Positions 48,791 through 59,430 of a DNA stretch of 64,000 nucleotides are shown piece by piece. The position numbers and the translations under genes are program-made. Source of the stretch: an uncultured Acidobacteriota bacterium (GTDB lineage: Bacteria > Acidobacteriota > Terriglobia > UBA7540); assembly GCA_963804995.1 (NCBI GenBank), contig CAWDSK010000002.1, positions 32,001 through 96,000 of the forward strand, given 5' to 3'. Within the stretch, counting starts at the first letter, position 1; each line of letters opens with the position of its first letter. The notes under the pieces were generated by a model. It searched no databases. It saw only the letters and a program-made list of their open reading frames with translations, and was not told the origin of the DNA.

Positions 48791-49672
48791 CTACGGACGC
48801 CCTTTCCTCGCGCTCACGACGCGCGGGATTCCCGCCAGATCGGGCACCACTTCGATTTCGTCCCATTCGCCGCACAGTAGCGCCAGCACGCGGTCGCGCA
48901 TATTGTAGCCAATCTCGACAACTATGTATCCGCCCGGCTTGAGCGCCTGGAGCGCCTGGGGAAACAAGCGCGCATAAATCTCCTCCCCGCGCTCGAGGTC
49001 GCCACCCCAGGCGAGGCGTGGCTCAAACTCCCGCACTTCGCGCTGCACCATGTCCACTTCGTGCTTGCCGACGTAAGGAGGATTTGAAACCACGAAGTCG
49101 AATGTCCCGGCAAAGTCCGGCTCAAGCAGCCGCCCCAGCAGATCGCTTTCCAGGAACTTGACGCGCTCCGGCAACTTCAGTCGCACGGCGTTGCGCGAAG
49201 CCACCACCAGTGCGGGGCGCGAGATATCGGCGCCGAACAGAATCGCGCGGGAGAATTCAGAAGCGAGCGCCAGCGCCACGCATCCTGAGCCCGTGCCCAC
49301 ATCCACGATGCGCAGGCGCGCGTCCTTGGCGTGGGCCTGCCGGCGCGCCAGCTCGAGCACACGCTCGACTGTGTGTTCGGTCTCCGGCCGCGGGATCAAC
49401 ACGTCCGGCGTCACCTCAAAATCCAATCCCCAGAATTCCTGATGCCCTGTGATGTACTGCGTAGGCCTGCCCGTGGCGCGTTCCGCGATCAATTGGGAAT
49501 AGCGTTCTAGGACCTCGGGAGGCACCTCCTCCTCCGGGTGGGCGTGGAGGTAGGCACGGTCGCATGCCAAGACGTGCATCAGCAGCAGCTCTGCGGCAAG
49601 CTGCGATGAAGGCACCTGATGGGAGAGAAGGGTCTGGAGTCCTTGCCGAAGTGTGGCGCGGAGTGGAGGCAT
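48791..49672 (-). CDS. prmC: Release factor glutamine methyltransferase
   Basis: VLIPRPETE, DVGTGSG, VSNPPY; downstream of prfA. Confidence 0.96.
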   Translation of the reverse strand: MPPLRATLRQGLQTLLSHQVPSSQLAAELLLMHVLACDRAYLHAHPEEEVPPEVLERYSQLIAERATGRPTQYITGHQEFWGLDFEVTPDVLIPRPETEHTVERVLELARRQAHAKDARLRIVDVGTGSGCVALALASEFSRAILFGADISRPALVVASRNAVRLKLPERVKFLESDLLGRLLEPDFAGTFDFVVSNPPYVGKHEVDMVQREVREFEPRLAWGGDLERGEEIYARLFPQALQALKPGGYIVVEIGYNMRDRVLALLCGEWDEIEVVPDLAGIPRVVSARKGRP

Positions 49673-49818
49673 TGTCGATTGCCGATTTTCGATTGTCGAT
49701 TGACGATGGCGCCAGAGGAACCTTCAGTCTTCGGTTCTCAGTTTCAATGAGAGGCGTTTACTGACTACAGAGGACTGACGACTTCCCATCGATAATCGGC
49801 AATCGACAATCGGCAATT

Positions 49819-50940
49819 CTATCCGGCGAGCGCGGCGGGCGGCTGGTCCTCCTTGGGTTCCCGCGTGGCTGGTCGCTTCAGCTTCTCAGCCTGATAGTGG
49901 GCAATAAGCGCTTCGATGATGTCGTCGATTTTGCCGTCGATGACCCGGTCGAGCTGATGAAGCGTCAAACCGATGCGATGATCCGTGACGCGATTCTGGG
50001 GGAAATTATAAGTCCGGATTTTCTCGCTGCGGTCGCCCGTGCCGATCATCGAGCGGCGCTCCTCGGTGATCTGCTTCTGTTGCTGCTGGAGCTCCAATTC
50101 GTAGAGCCGCGAGCGCAGGACGCGCAACCCCTTGGCGCGGTTCTTGATCTGCGATTTCTCGTCCTGGCAGGAGACGATTGTCCCGGTCGGCAAGTGCGTG
50201 ATGCGTACGGCGGAATACGTAGTGTTCACCGACTGCCCGCCCGGCCCCGAGGAGCAGAACGTATCAATGCGAAGGTCTTTGGGATCGATCTGGATATCCA
50301 CTTCGTCCGCTTCGGGGAGCACGGCCACGGTGATGGCGGAGGTGTGAATGCGTCCTTGCTGCTCCGTTGCCGGAACGCGCTGCACGCGGTGCACGCCGCT
50401 TTCGTACTTGAGCTTGCTGTAAACCTTCTGGCCTTCGACGAGAGCGATGACTTCCTTCAGTCCCCCGACCGCCGACAGGCTGGTGGAGAGCACTTCCACC
50501 CGCCAGCGTTGCGTCTCGGCGTAGCGGGTGTACATGCGGAAGATTTCCTGCGCGAAGAGGGTGGCCTCATCACCGCCCGTGCCGGCGCGGATTTCCAGTA
50601 CTACGTTCTTCTCGTCATTGGGATCTCTGGGCATCAGCAGGATGTTGAGTTCCTGTTCCACCGTCTCCTGGCGCTTTTCGAGTTCCAGCAGCTCCTCGTG
50701 GGCCATCGCTTTCATCTCGGGGTCGGAGGAAGATTCTTCCACCAGAGTTTTGGTGTCCTTGACCGCCTTGTGGACTGTCTTCCACTCCCGGAATTTCTCG
50801 ACAACCTCGGTGAGGTCCGCGCGCGCCTTGGCGGTCTTCTGGTAGACGGAGGGATCCGCCAACACCTCGGCCTTGCCGAGCTGCTCCGTCAGCCCCTCGT
50901 ACTGTGCTTCGATTTCCGCCAGCTTGTCCAAATAATGCAT
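49819..50940 (-). CDS. prfA: Peptide chain release factor 1
   Basis: [16 protein letters not shown] (PxT motif), [15 protein letters not shown]. Confidence 0.97.
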   Translation of the reverse strand: MHYLDKLAEIEAQYEGLTEQLGKAEVLADPSVYQKTAKARADLTEVVEKFREWKTVHKAVKDTKTLVEESSSDPEMKAMAHEELLELEKRQETVEQELNILLMPRDPNDEKNVVLEIRAGTGGDEATLFAQEIFRMYTRYAETQRWRVEVLSTSLSAVGGLKEVIALVEGQKVYSKLKYESGVHRVQRVPATEQQGRIHTSAITVAVLPEADEVDIQIDPKDLRIDTFCSSGPGGQSVNTTYSAVRITHLPTGTIVSCQDEKSQIKNRAKGLRVLRSRLYELELQQQQKQITEERRSMIGTGDRSEKIRTYNFPQNRVTDHRIGLTLHQLDRVIDGKIDDIIEALIAHYQAEKLKRPATREPKEDQPPAALAG

Positions 50941-51036
50941 GGCGAGTCAGTCGTCCTCTTCTATTAGTCCTTGCGGGACGAAACTCGAATCTCGCAATGG
51001 GTTTCGAATTCCGCTTTGCGATGACGGCCAGCGTCC

Positions 51037-52050
51037 CTAAGCGACCACCAGCTCGCCGCCACGATTCTGCTCAAGCGCCATCGCTGTTTCGAGGGCCTTG
51101 ATAGCCGTTTCAAGCTGACTGTCATCCGGCTCACGAGTCGTGACCCGCTGTAGCCACAGGCCCGGCTGCGATGCCCAATCCCATAGCTTGCCTTTGGAGC
51201 GCGCCGCAAAGCGGATGAACTCATAGGAAACGCCGGCGATTACCGGCAGCAGAACAATTCGCCCCAGGAATCGCAGCGCGAAGGAATGAAAAGGCAGGAA
51301 CATGTAAAGCACCATGGCGATGAACATCACGACCAGAAGAAAACTCGTTCCGCAGCGGGGATGGAAACGCGTGCAGGCGCGCGCCGCCGCCACGTCAATC
51401 GGGCCGCGTTTTTCAAAAGCCCACACCACCTTGTGCTCGGCGCCGTGGTACTCAAATACCCGCTGGATTTCCTTCCACTGCGCGATGAGGACAAGGAAAA
51501 CCAGGAACAACGCGATTCGAATCGTTCCGTCAATCAGGTTGAAAGTCACGTTGTTGTCAGTGCGCGGATAGTGGTGCGTTACCACCGTGGCCAGATACAG
51601 GGGAACGAGTTTGTAAAGGACGATGAAAAAAACCAGCGAGAACGCGATATTGAGCGCCAGTATCCAGCCGCTCAGCTCAGTTTTCTTTTCCGGTTTGGTC
51701 TCAGCGGAATTTGCTGCTTCCGGGTTCTCCAGTGCCTGCTCAGCGGAGTAGCGCAAGGCGCGAATCCCCAGCACCATCGCCTGGCCCAGTACCCCCAATC
51801 CCCGAAGTACGGGGTACTTCAACCAGGGGTGCTTATCCGACGGGCGGTCCAGGTATTCCTGCGTCACGGCCAGCGAACCACTGGGCTGCCGCACCGCCAC
51901 AGCGTAGGAATGCGGCGAGCGCATCATCACCCCTTCGATGACCGCTTGGCCCCCCATCAGAACCTCTTCCGGCGCCTGGAGGAGTGGGAGCGCCATCAGC
52001 CGCAGAACCTGACGCGCCGTCGCTTTAAAGTCGGTTAATATGGAAATCAT
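51037..52050 (-). CDS. DUF1385 (YqhQ) membrane protein
   Basis: GGQAVIEGVMMR, YHGAEHK, HPRCGTSF, TTREPD. Confidence 0.93.
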   Translation of the reverse strand: MISILTDFKATARQVLRLMALPLLQAPEEVLMGGQAVIEGVMMRSPHSYAVAVRQPSGSLAVTQEYLDRPSDKHPWLKYPVLRGLGVLGQAMVLGIRALRYSAEQALENPEAANSAETKPEKKTELSGWILALNIAFSLVFFIVLYKLVPLYLATVVTHHYPRTDNNVTFNLIDGTIRIALFLVFLVLIAQWKEIQRVFEYHGAEHKVVWAFEKRGPIDVAAARACTRFHPRCGTSFLLVVMFIAMVLYMFLPFHSFALRFLGRIVLLPVIAGVSYEFIRFAARSKGKLWDWASQPGLWLQRVTTREPDDSQLETAIKALETAMALEQNRGGELVVA

Positions 52051-52156
52051 TAACAATTCGTCTCGCCCGGCCCCGGGGCTTCACACCTCGCCAGTCATTT
52101 CGTGGATGTAACCCCTATTTCTGAAGGTTACGGGAAGCACACCAAGCCCATACGCC

Positions 52157-52185
52157 AGAATAACTACAATTCCCAGGGGTGTCAA
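52157..52185 (-). promoter_or_regulatory. Putative sigma70 promoter of DUF1385-prfA-prmC
   Basis: Minus strand TTGACA-17nt-TATTCT. Confidence 0.6.
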
Positions 52186-52371
52186 ATCACGGGCGCCTGA
52201 TCAGGACGCCCCAGCTAGGGCGCGCCACCCCTAAACAATTTGGCCTGCTCCCCGCCATCAAAAGTGGTCTTTTTGGGGGCCCTGTGGTACAAAAGTGAGA
52301 GTGGGTTGGTTCGGGCTTCTTCACCGGCGGCTTTGGACGCGACAAACTCCATTTACCTAGGACCTTGACGG

Positions 52372-53637
52372 ATGCCGAGGATTCGAAAAGACGTTCTTCC
52401 CAACGGGCTCACGGTTCTCACCGAGTCCATGCCAGCAGTCCGCTCGGTTTCCATCGGCATCTGGTTACGCACGGGCTCACGTCAAGAGAGCATTGAGGAA
52501 AACGGCGTCTCGCATTTCATTGAGCACATGCTTTTCAAGGGGACGAAGAACCGCAGCGCGGAGCAGATCGCGCGCGCCGCGGACTCCATTGGCGGCCAAC
52601 TGGATGCCTTCACCGCCAAGGAGACCACGGGCTTTTCGGTCAAGGTCCTGGATGAGCACCTGCCGCGGGCCTTTGCCATTCTCGCCGACCTGGTGAAAAA
52701 CCCGCTTTTCGAGCCCGCGCACATCACCAATGAATGCCGGGTCATCCGGGAAGAAATCAAGATGGTCGAGGATACACCCGACAACCTGGTGCACGAGATC
52801 TTTACGCAAACTTATTGGCGCGGGCATGCGCTGGGCCGTCCGATTCTGGGCACGCGCCACACCGTGGGCAGCTTCGATCGCAAACAACTGGTCAGCTATT
52901 TTCGCCGGCACTACACGCCCAACAACATGTTGATTGCGGCGGCCGGTCATCTCCGGCATGGTCAGGTGGTGGACCTGATCGCAAAAGAATTTGGTGATCA
53001 GCCGGCGGGCCCTCGCGTCAAGGGCGGCCCCGTCCCCGTGCCGCATCCGCACATTCAGGTGCGGCACAAGAAAGATCTCGAGCAGGTGCATCTTTGCCTG
53101 GGGGCCCCCTCCTATCCCCAGCCGCATAAGAACCGGTACCCCTCTTACATCCTGAATTCCGTGCTGGGCGGCGGCATGAGCTCGCGCTTGTTTCAGAATA
53201 TCCGCGAGAAGCGCGGGTTGGCTTACGCCGTCTTTTCCAGCCTGAGCAGTTTTCACGATGCGGGATGCCTGAGTGTTTATGCGGGCACGGCCACCGACAA
53301 AGCACGCAAGGTCATCGACCTGGTATTGGCGGAATTCTGCGAACTGAAAGCCAATCCCATCAGTGTGGAAGAGTTGCAACGCGCCAAGGACTACCTGAAA
53401 GGCAGCCTGCTGCTGAGCCTCGAGTCGTCCACCAGCCGCATGGGAAACGTGGCCCGGCAGGAAATGTACTTCGGCCATTACACCACTCAGGACGAGATCG
53501 CCCGCCGCGTGGACGCTGTCACTGCCGAGCAAGTGCTGGCAGTGGCGCGGGAGTTCTTTCATCCCGACCGCCTGGCCATCACTGTGCTCGGGCCGCTCAA
53601 CGGCTTCAAGCTCTCGCGCGCCGACCTCGCCTGCTGA
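52372..53637 (+). CDS. M16 family zinc peptidase
   Basis: HFIEHMLFKGT (inverted HxxEH), LGGGMSSRLFQ.IREKRGLAY. Confidence 0.94.
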   Translation: MPRIRKDVLPNGLTVLTESMPAVRSVSIGIWLRTGSRQESIEENGVSHFIEHMLFKGTKNRSAEQIARAADSIGGQLDAFTAKETTGFSVKVLDEHLPRAFAILADLVKNPLFEPAHITNECRVIREEIKMVEDTPDNLVHEIFTQTYWRGHALGRPILGTRHTVGSFDRKQLVSYFRRHYTPNNMLIAAAGHLRHGQVVDLIAKEFGDQPAGPRVKGGPVPVPHPHIQVRHKKDLEQVHLCLGAPSYPQPHKNRYPSYILNSVLGGGMSSRLFQNIREKRGLAYAVFSSLSSFHDAGCLSVYAGTATDKARKVIDLVLAEFCELKANPISVEELQRAKDYLKGSLLLSLESSTSRMGNVARQEMYFGHYTTQDEIARRVDAVTAEQVLAVAREFFHPDRLAITVLGPLNGFKLSRADLAC

Positions 53638-53768
53638 AACAACCCCCCCGCTGTTGGTCGCACCACGGCCCCAAATTGCTGTCCAGAAACCAGGGTGATA
53701 AACTGGAATTGCCGGGGATATGGCCCTGCCATCTCTCGGGCGGCCCAAAATCAATTCGAGGTGTAAAC

Positions 53769-54302
53769 ATGCGGAGCAAACTACTGGCGTCTGCGATCCT
53801 TGGGGTATTGTTTGCCCTTTGCGCCCAGGCCCAACGGGAAGCGACCCCGCAAGCGGTGGAGCGCATTGTGAGGGAAGTGCGGCACGAAATCTTGCTGCTT
53901 CCTTACTATGGTGTCTTCGACAACATCACGTATTCGGTTTCCGGTTACAACGTGACCTTGATGGGGCGGGTTACGAACCCGACGCTCAAGCAGGACGCAG
54001 GAAACGTCGTGAAGCATATCGAGGGCGTGGAGAAAGTGGATAACCAGATCGAAGTCCTCCCCCCCTCGCCCATGGATGATGGCCTGCGCCTGAAGCTCTA
54101 TCGTTCCATCTATGGTTTCGGCCCACTCGAAAAGTACGCCATGCCTGTCATCAAGCCCATCCGGATTATCGTGAAGAACGGCAATGTCACACTCGAAGGC
54201 GTAGTGGATAACGAGACCGACAAGAACCTGGCCAATGTCCGGGCCAACACTGTTTCCGGCATCTTCTCAGTCACCAACAATTTGAAGGTGGTCAAACGGT
54301 AG
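53769..54302 (+). CDS. Dual BON-domain protein
   Basis: Signal peptide MRSKLLASAIL; VTLMGRV...GVEKVDNQIEV; NGNVTLEGVV...VTNNLKV. Confidence 0.9.
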   Translation: MRSKLLASAILGVLFALCAQAQREATPQAVERIVREVRHEILLLPYYGVFDNITYSVSGYNVTLMGRVTNPTLKQDAGNVVKHIEGVEKVDNQIEVLPPSPMDDGLRLKLYRSIYGFGPLEKYAMPVIKPIRIIVKNGNVTLEGVVDNETDKNLANVRANTVSGIFSVTNNLKVVKR

Positions 54303-54536
54303 TTAGGATCCATAACCTACGGGCCAGCGTCCATCGCGTTTGTCGCAAGGTATGCGGTAGCCGCGGGTTCACCCTGCCACACTCTGGGAGTTACACGTGT
54401 GCCCGTCAATCCGACATGGAACTAATGCTTCTCTCCATGAATGAACCAAGGAACGTGTGAGTCGGGGAGTTGATGCCGGACAGGCGTCTCATGTGCGTCA
54501 TGGCACGGCCTGCACGATCGGCGCGCCGGACCCCTC

Positions 54537-55265
54537 TTAACTCTTTTTGAAGAGCCCTTTGAGGCGGCCCATAAGTCCTGACTGCGGATCATCGCTGGCG
54601 GGCGCAGGAGCGCGCGGGGGAGGGACTGGGGGCAGGGGCGTGGGATACTTCGGGTCCGCCGCCACGGCATTCTGTGCAGGTTTGGGCCGTAGAGGCGGTG
54701 GCGTGGGCGCCGCTGGATTCTTAACCAGTGCCGGGTCAGGGTCAGGCGGCGGTGGGTCCACAGTAGCGGCAGGCTGGAGCTTGGGCGATTGAGTGCCGGG
54801 TGGCGCAGCGTCCGCCACGGGAGCGCCGCACACATCGCAAAAGTCCCCCGCCAAATCCAAGGGACTTCTACAAAAACGACAGAGCACCACTCCCGGCTGG
54901 GTGGAGCGCTTCTCAAAGGAAGCCTTCAACAATTCCTCGTCGATCTCCACCAAGTCACGGCCCAGGCTGGGGCGCGGACGTTCAAGCGGTGCTCCCGTGC
55001 GAGGAGCAATCACTGGAGAGGGAGAGATTCTCAGGGCGATTGTGGATTGCGGCGTCGGTCGTGGGCGGCGCACTGGCTCAACCGGCGGGGCAACCGCTGC
55101 GGGCGCGGGAGGTGGGGCAGAAGGCGCTGGTGCGGTGCTGAGCGGAGTGCTGGCGTTCGTGGCATTAATCTCCACGGAGCCGACATCTGCTATGGGTGTG
55201 CCGCACTGGAGGCAGAAACGCATCCCCTCCGGAACAGCCGCGTGACACTGGGCACAAGTTGTCAT
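54537..55265 (-). CDS. Zinc-ribbon, proline-rich hypothetical protein
   Basis: CAQC...CLQC and CRFC...CDVC double zinc ribbons separated by Pro-rich linkers. Confidence 0.75.
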   Translation of the reverse strand: MTTCAQCHAAVPEGMRFCLQCGTPIADVGSVEINATNASTPLSTAPAPSAPPPAPAAVAPPVEPVRRPRPTPQSTIALRISPSPVIAPRTGAPLERPRPSLGRDLVEIDEELLKASFEKRSTQPGVVLCRFCRSPLDLAGDFCDVCGAPVADAAPPGTQSPKLQPAATVDPPPPDPDPALVKNPAAPTPPPLRPKPAQNAVAADPKYPTPLPPVPPPRAPAPASDDPQSGLMGRLKGLFKKS

Positions 55266-55423
55266 ACGTCCCGTCTCGAAGCGAAGCCGGAAATCGATCT
55301 CCACTCCCTTTGGGGCATCTTATTACAGCCGACGCGACTTCTCAAGCACCGTTCGCGCTTCGGCTTGACACCCGATTGATAATCGACTGCAGGCTCAAGC
55401 TTGTAATTTCCTGGGAGGCACAG

Positions 55424-56449
55424 ATGGCGGCTTCTGATCGAGTTGGGTACGCGGTGGTTGGGTTGGGGCATTTTGCCGAGGGCGTGGTACTTCCTGGCTT
55501 CCGGAAGAGCCGCAAAGCCAAGCTGGTGGCGCTGGTGAGCGGCGATGAACGGAAGGCGCGGCGGCTGGCGAAGAAATTCGGCCCCAGCGACTGCTACTCC
55601 TATGACGACTACGCGCTCTGCCTGAACCATCCGGAGGTGGAGGCCGTTTACATTGCCACCCCCAACAGCACGCACCTGGGTTTTACCGTGCAGGCGGCGG
55701 CCGCCGGCAGGCACGTGCTCTGCGAGAAGCCCATGGCCAATGATCTGGCGGAATGCCAGCAGATGATTGACGCCTGCCGCTCGAACCACGTGCGGCTGAT
55801 GGTTGCCTATCGCAAGCATTTTGAGCCTGCCGCGCTTGACCTGAAGATGCTGGTGGAGAGCGGAAAACTTGGCCGGCTGAAGATCATTCACTCGGTGTTC
55901 TCAACCTACCTGCGACCCGGGCCGAAGATCCCGAGCTGGCACTTTGAACGGCAGCGGGCGGGTGGTGGAGCGCTGCTGGACGTTGGAATCTACTGCATCA
56001 ACACGGTGCGCTGGGTGACAGGCCAGGAACCGCTGGAAGCCGCGGCTTACCAGTGGACCGTCGATCCCGGAGTCTTCCGCGAAGTGGATGAGAATCTGGC
56101 GTTCCGGCTCAATTTTCCGGACGGCCTGGTGATGCAGGGAACGGCAAGCTGGGGCGCAGCGAAGGCGTCGTTCCTGCATGTCATCGGCGAGAATGGCTGG
56201 GCCAACCTCGACCCCGCCTTCATCCGCAATGAGTCGCGGCGCCTCTGTGGGCGCATTGGCGGGCGATGGTTCGAGAAGAAGTACAAGGTCATGAACGAAG
56301 TGGCGCATGAACTTGACGCCTTTGCGGATTGCGTGCGCCACAACCGCGAGCCGGAACCGAACGGGGCCCAGGGTCTCCGCGATGTGGCGGTGATACAGGC
56401 CATTTACCAGGCGGCACGCGAAGGTCGTCCGGTGGCGATTAAGGCATGA
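55424..56449 (+). CDS. Gfo/Idh/MocA family oxidoreductase
   Basis: VGYAVVGLG, VYIATPN..H, HVLCEKPMA, GGGALLDVGIY. Confidence 0.92.
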   Translation: MAASDRVGYAVVGLGHFAEGVVLPGFRKSRKAKLVALVSGDERKARRLAKKFGPSDCYSYDDYALCLNHPEVEAVYIATPNSTHLGFTVQAAAAGRHVLCEKPMANDLAECQQMIDACRSNHVRLMVAYRKHFEPAALDLKMLVESGKLGRLKIIHSVFSTYLRPGPKIPSWHFERQRAGGGALLDVGIYCINTVRWVTGQEPLEAAAYQWTVDPGVFREVDENLAFRLNFPDGLVMQGTASWGAAKASFLHVIGENGWANLDPAFIRNESRRLCGRIGGRWFEKKYKVMNEVAHELDAFADCVRHNREPEPNGAQGLRDVAVIQAIYQAAREGRPVAIKA

Positions 56450-56499
56450 CGAGATCCTGAGCGGAAGTTTAGCGCGGCGGAACCGCACGTCAAAAATCA

Positions 56500-56752
56500 T
56501 AGGAAGAAAACGCATGAAGTTGGGAAATTAAGTGGGACCTCGCTCGCTATGCCCCGCGGAGAGCAACATGTGGGACAGTCCCACTTCTTTACAAACAGTC
56601 GCGGGCCTACATAAGTAGAGTGGGACAACAGGCGGGGCTCGGCCCGACCTCCCCGCTCCCCGGCCGGCCGGACATGCAGATTTCCCACCGCCGGGCTTCA
56701 CGTCAACTCTCTTAAGACATCCGAGTCTCGCAGCAGGTGGCGGCGCACTACG
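56500..56752 (-). repeat. Dispersed repeat containing degenerate group II intron domains V-VI (copy B)
   Basis: Minus strand GTTGACGTGAAGCCCGGCGGTGGGAAATCTGCATGTCCGG...CCCACTCTAC (ends 56615), then tail TGTCCCACATGTTGCTCTCCGCGGGGCATAGCG shared with copy A. Confidence 0.65.
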
Positions 56753-57323
56753 CTAGAAATTCTCCAGGATGGCGGTGACAAGAGTGCGGGCAAGGTCACG
56801 CGAGAGACGTTCGAGGGCGGGCTTGTCTTCCTCAAAAAGCGCGGAGGGAGATTCGTTTACCTGGTACTGCTCACGAAAGATGTAGTTGTTGTTGGAATAC
56901 AGGACCTTATGCGAGTGCAGATCCTCCAGCCGCACGTTGGCCGTAACCTGAATCTGCAAGGAGGTGGCACGGCCGGTGTTGAGGTCAAAGGTGAGGACGC
57001 CGGAGCGCACATCCTTGACCGTACCCTTCAATACGGCGTCGGCGCCTTCAGGATTGGGCGTGACTTGAAAGTGCGTGCGCTCCAGGAGCTCGCGGGTGAC
57101 GGCAGCGGTGAGCTGCTGCTCGATCCGGAAAGTGGCGGTTTCGTTCTTGAAGGCGGGCACGGCGATGGTCTTGACGTTCGGGCGGGATGAGGTCCCCCCG
57201 GCCGGCTACGTGGTAACCGCAGGCGGACAGGAATAACAGCAGCCAGGAGACGGTAAACAGCAGACCGCGCTGGCTCCTCGAAGAAGTCAAGGGAGTTGTG
57301 GCGGTGGTCAGTTTGGAATTCAT
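56753..57323 (-). CDS. lptE: LptE family lipoprotein, apparent frameshift near 57180
   Basis: Lipobox LSAC-GYHVAGRG in one frame; VKTIAVPAFKNET...ADAVLKG...LARTLVTAILENF in another. Confidence 0.82.
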
Positions 57324-57340
57324 AATTCTATAATGTCAGC

Positions 57341-57431
57341 ACCACCCCGGCGCGCGGCCCCGATCATCAATTTGGAAAGAACGCGCTATCGGGGCTCGGC
57401 GCGCCACCCCTCCTCATCTGAGGAGGGGAGT
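57341..57431. repeat. Palindromic intergenic element (CCCCTCCTCA/TGAGGAGGGG)
   Basis: ggcgcgc...cccgat...atcgggg...cgcgcc stem followed by the hairpin cccctcctcatctgaggagggg. Confidence 0.55.
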
Positions 57432-57447
57432 ATTTTCACGACAGCTC

Positions 57448-58522
57448 TCAAGCCCGTGGCCCAGCCCGCAAAGTGGCCGCAATTTCAACGGCATTGCTGG
57501 CGGCGAGGTGGAGGTTATCCGCCACCGCCCAAATCCACAGCCCGGTTGGATGCGCGGAGTCGCTCGAAACGCTGTCTACCAGGATATCGTTTGAGCCCGT
57601 GGCCTCGACGGGGGTAGGAGGTTCCTGTGCCGGCCGCCGCACGCGCACCCGCTCACCCCCGAGCGCCGCGGCGGCAGCCTCCGGGGCAACGGGCGCGGCG
57701 GTCTCTACGTAGAGCGATACACCGACGGAATAGAAAATCGGGGCCTGGACCAGGCGCAAGGCAGGCCGCGGGACGCGCTCGCCCAGATAGTCATGCAACT
57801 GGACGCGCAGGCGAGCTTCGAGTGCGGCCATTTCACCCGTGGCCGCGCGCCCCAGGCGCGATAGCACGTTGAAGGCGAGCTGCGTGCCAAAAACCTGGTG
57901 CGGAGTTTTTTGAAAGCTCAGCAAGCCCACCGCCTGCTTCTGGAGCTCTTCGATTCCCCGCGAGCCGGATTCCGACGCTGAAATGAATACCTGGGCCACC
58001 GCGGTCTTAAGCGGAAAGCGCGCCGCAAGACGAAGCAGCAGGCTGCTGATCACGATCACGGCAGGATGTGGGGAAACGTGCAGCAGCGGAAGGGCGGATT
58101 CCAGCCCCTTGACCGGGAAGCGGCGGTCGAGGAACGGCACGCTCACCAGGCTCTCGAACGGGCGGGGCAAGCGGTTCCGCGGCACTTCCGCCCAGGCCTT
58201 CGCCCACCAGATCGATCACCGTGCAGCGTGCCTCAGCGCGATGCTCCTGCCAGGAGCGCAGAAAGGCCGGCACTTGACGCTGGCGGGCCGCCAGGAAGGC
58301 AAAATCCAATTCCGCCTCGCTCACCTCTGCGTCCTCGACAGCAGCCTGGAAGCCGGCGCGCAGATCGATGATGGGGAGTTCAGGCTCGCCCTCTTCGGTG
58401 TCAAGGGTGACCAGTCGGGAGATGGGGAACTTCTCGTCCTCGAGGACAGTCACCAGTTCCTTGCCGAGCAGAGAGGAGGCGCCTACCACCGCCACCCGGT
58501 ACCCTTCTTTCCCAGGTTTCAT
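57448..58522 (-). CDS. Aspartate-semialdehyde dehydrogenase-like (USG-type) protein, apparent frameshift near 58190
   Basis: YRVAVVGASSLLGKEL N-terminus; SPHP, QLAFN, WAVADNL..AASNAVEIA C-terminus in a different frame. Confidence 0.8.
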
Positions 58523-59430
58523 GCGGCATGAACCTCTTCAGGCGCCGGCGGATGGGGACGGAACTTGGAGATAATCCGCAGGACGATCCCCGACAGCCCG
58601 TAGGTAAGGGCCATGGTAAGCAGGACGGGCTCGGAGAAAAGTGCAATGCCCACAACGATGAGGCCGATGAAGATGATGGCCAGGTGAGAACGGCGCCTTT
58701 GCAGGTTGACCGTCTTGAAAGTGTAATAGCGCATGCGGCTGACCATCAGGAAAGCCAGAACGCTGACCACCAGCAGCCAGCCCACCGCGATTTCCCAGAC
58801 GCTCAACGGCGTTTTTTGCCAATGCACGATGGCGGCCACCACGCCCGCGGCGGCGGGAATAGGCATGCCGACAAAGAAGCGGCGATCGGAGTTGGGCTTG
58901 GCGGTATCGATGTTGAAGCGGGCCAGGCGCGCCGCTCCGCAGATCACGTAAGCGAAGGTGGTGATCCAGGCGACTTGCCGCAAATGCAAAAGCAGTGGCC
59001 CGCCGGCATTTTCCATCACCCCGCGCACCCCCCAGACGTAGGCCAGAAAGGCGGGGGCCACGCCGAAAGCGATGACGTCAGCCAGCGAATCGAATTCGCG
59101 TCCGAAGGGCGAAGCGGTGTTGGTAAGGCGAGCGATGCGGCCATCCAGACTGTCAAAAAGAATCGCCAAGCCGATGGCCCGGGCCGCGTTGTCAAACAGC
59201 AAGCGGGCGCTGTCCATGGCCGCCTGGGCCTGGTCAGGCCCGAAAGTGCCAGCCAGTTGCTGCCCGGCGCGCAGGGTGGAGATGATGGCGTAGTAGCCGC
59301 AGACGAGTGTTCCTACGGTGAAAAGGCTGGGGAGAACGTAGATGCCGCGACGTAATCCGCGGCGCTTATTCGCTAGTTGTGGTTCCAAGGATGCTGCTCC
59401 CTGCCCACACGCGGTCCCCGACCTTGACAC
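58519..59430 (-). CDS. pssA: CDP-diacylglycerol--serine O-phosphatidyltransferase
   Basis: LPSLFT, FDSLDGRIAR...FGREFDSLADVIAFGVAPA, RLARFN, FVGMPIP; true start probably near 59390. Confidence 0.93.
   Translation of the reverse strand: MSRSGTACGQGAASLEPQLANKRRGLRRGIYVLPSLFTVGTLVCGYYAIISTLRAGQQLAGTFGPDQAQAAMDSARLLFDNAARAIGLAILFDSLDGRIARLTNTASPFGREFDSLADVIAFGVAPAFLAYVWGVRGVMENAGGPLLLHLRQVAWITTFAYVICGAARLARFNIDTAKPNSDRRFFVGMPIPAAAGVVAAIVHWQKTPLSVWEIAVGWLLVVSVLAFLMVSRMRYYTFKTVNLQRRRSHLAIIFIGLIVVGIALFSEPVLLTMALTYGLSGIVLRIISKFRPHPPAPEEVHAA

Noticed and set aside
52060..52370. rpmE (L31), often found before DUF1385-prfA
   Set aside because: No L31-like ORF recognised; the interval contains divergent promoter-like sequences
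53265..53768. N-terminal extension of the BON protein to 345 aa
   Set aside because: Overlaps the M16 peptidase; signal peptide and RBS (GAGGTG) support a start at 53769
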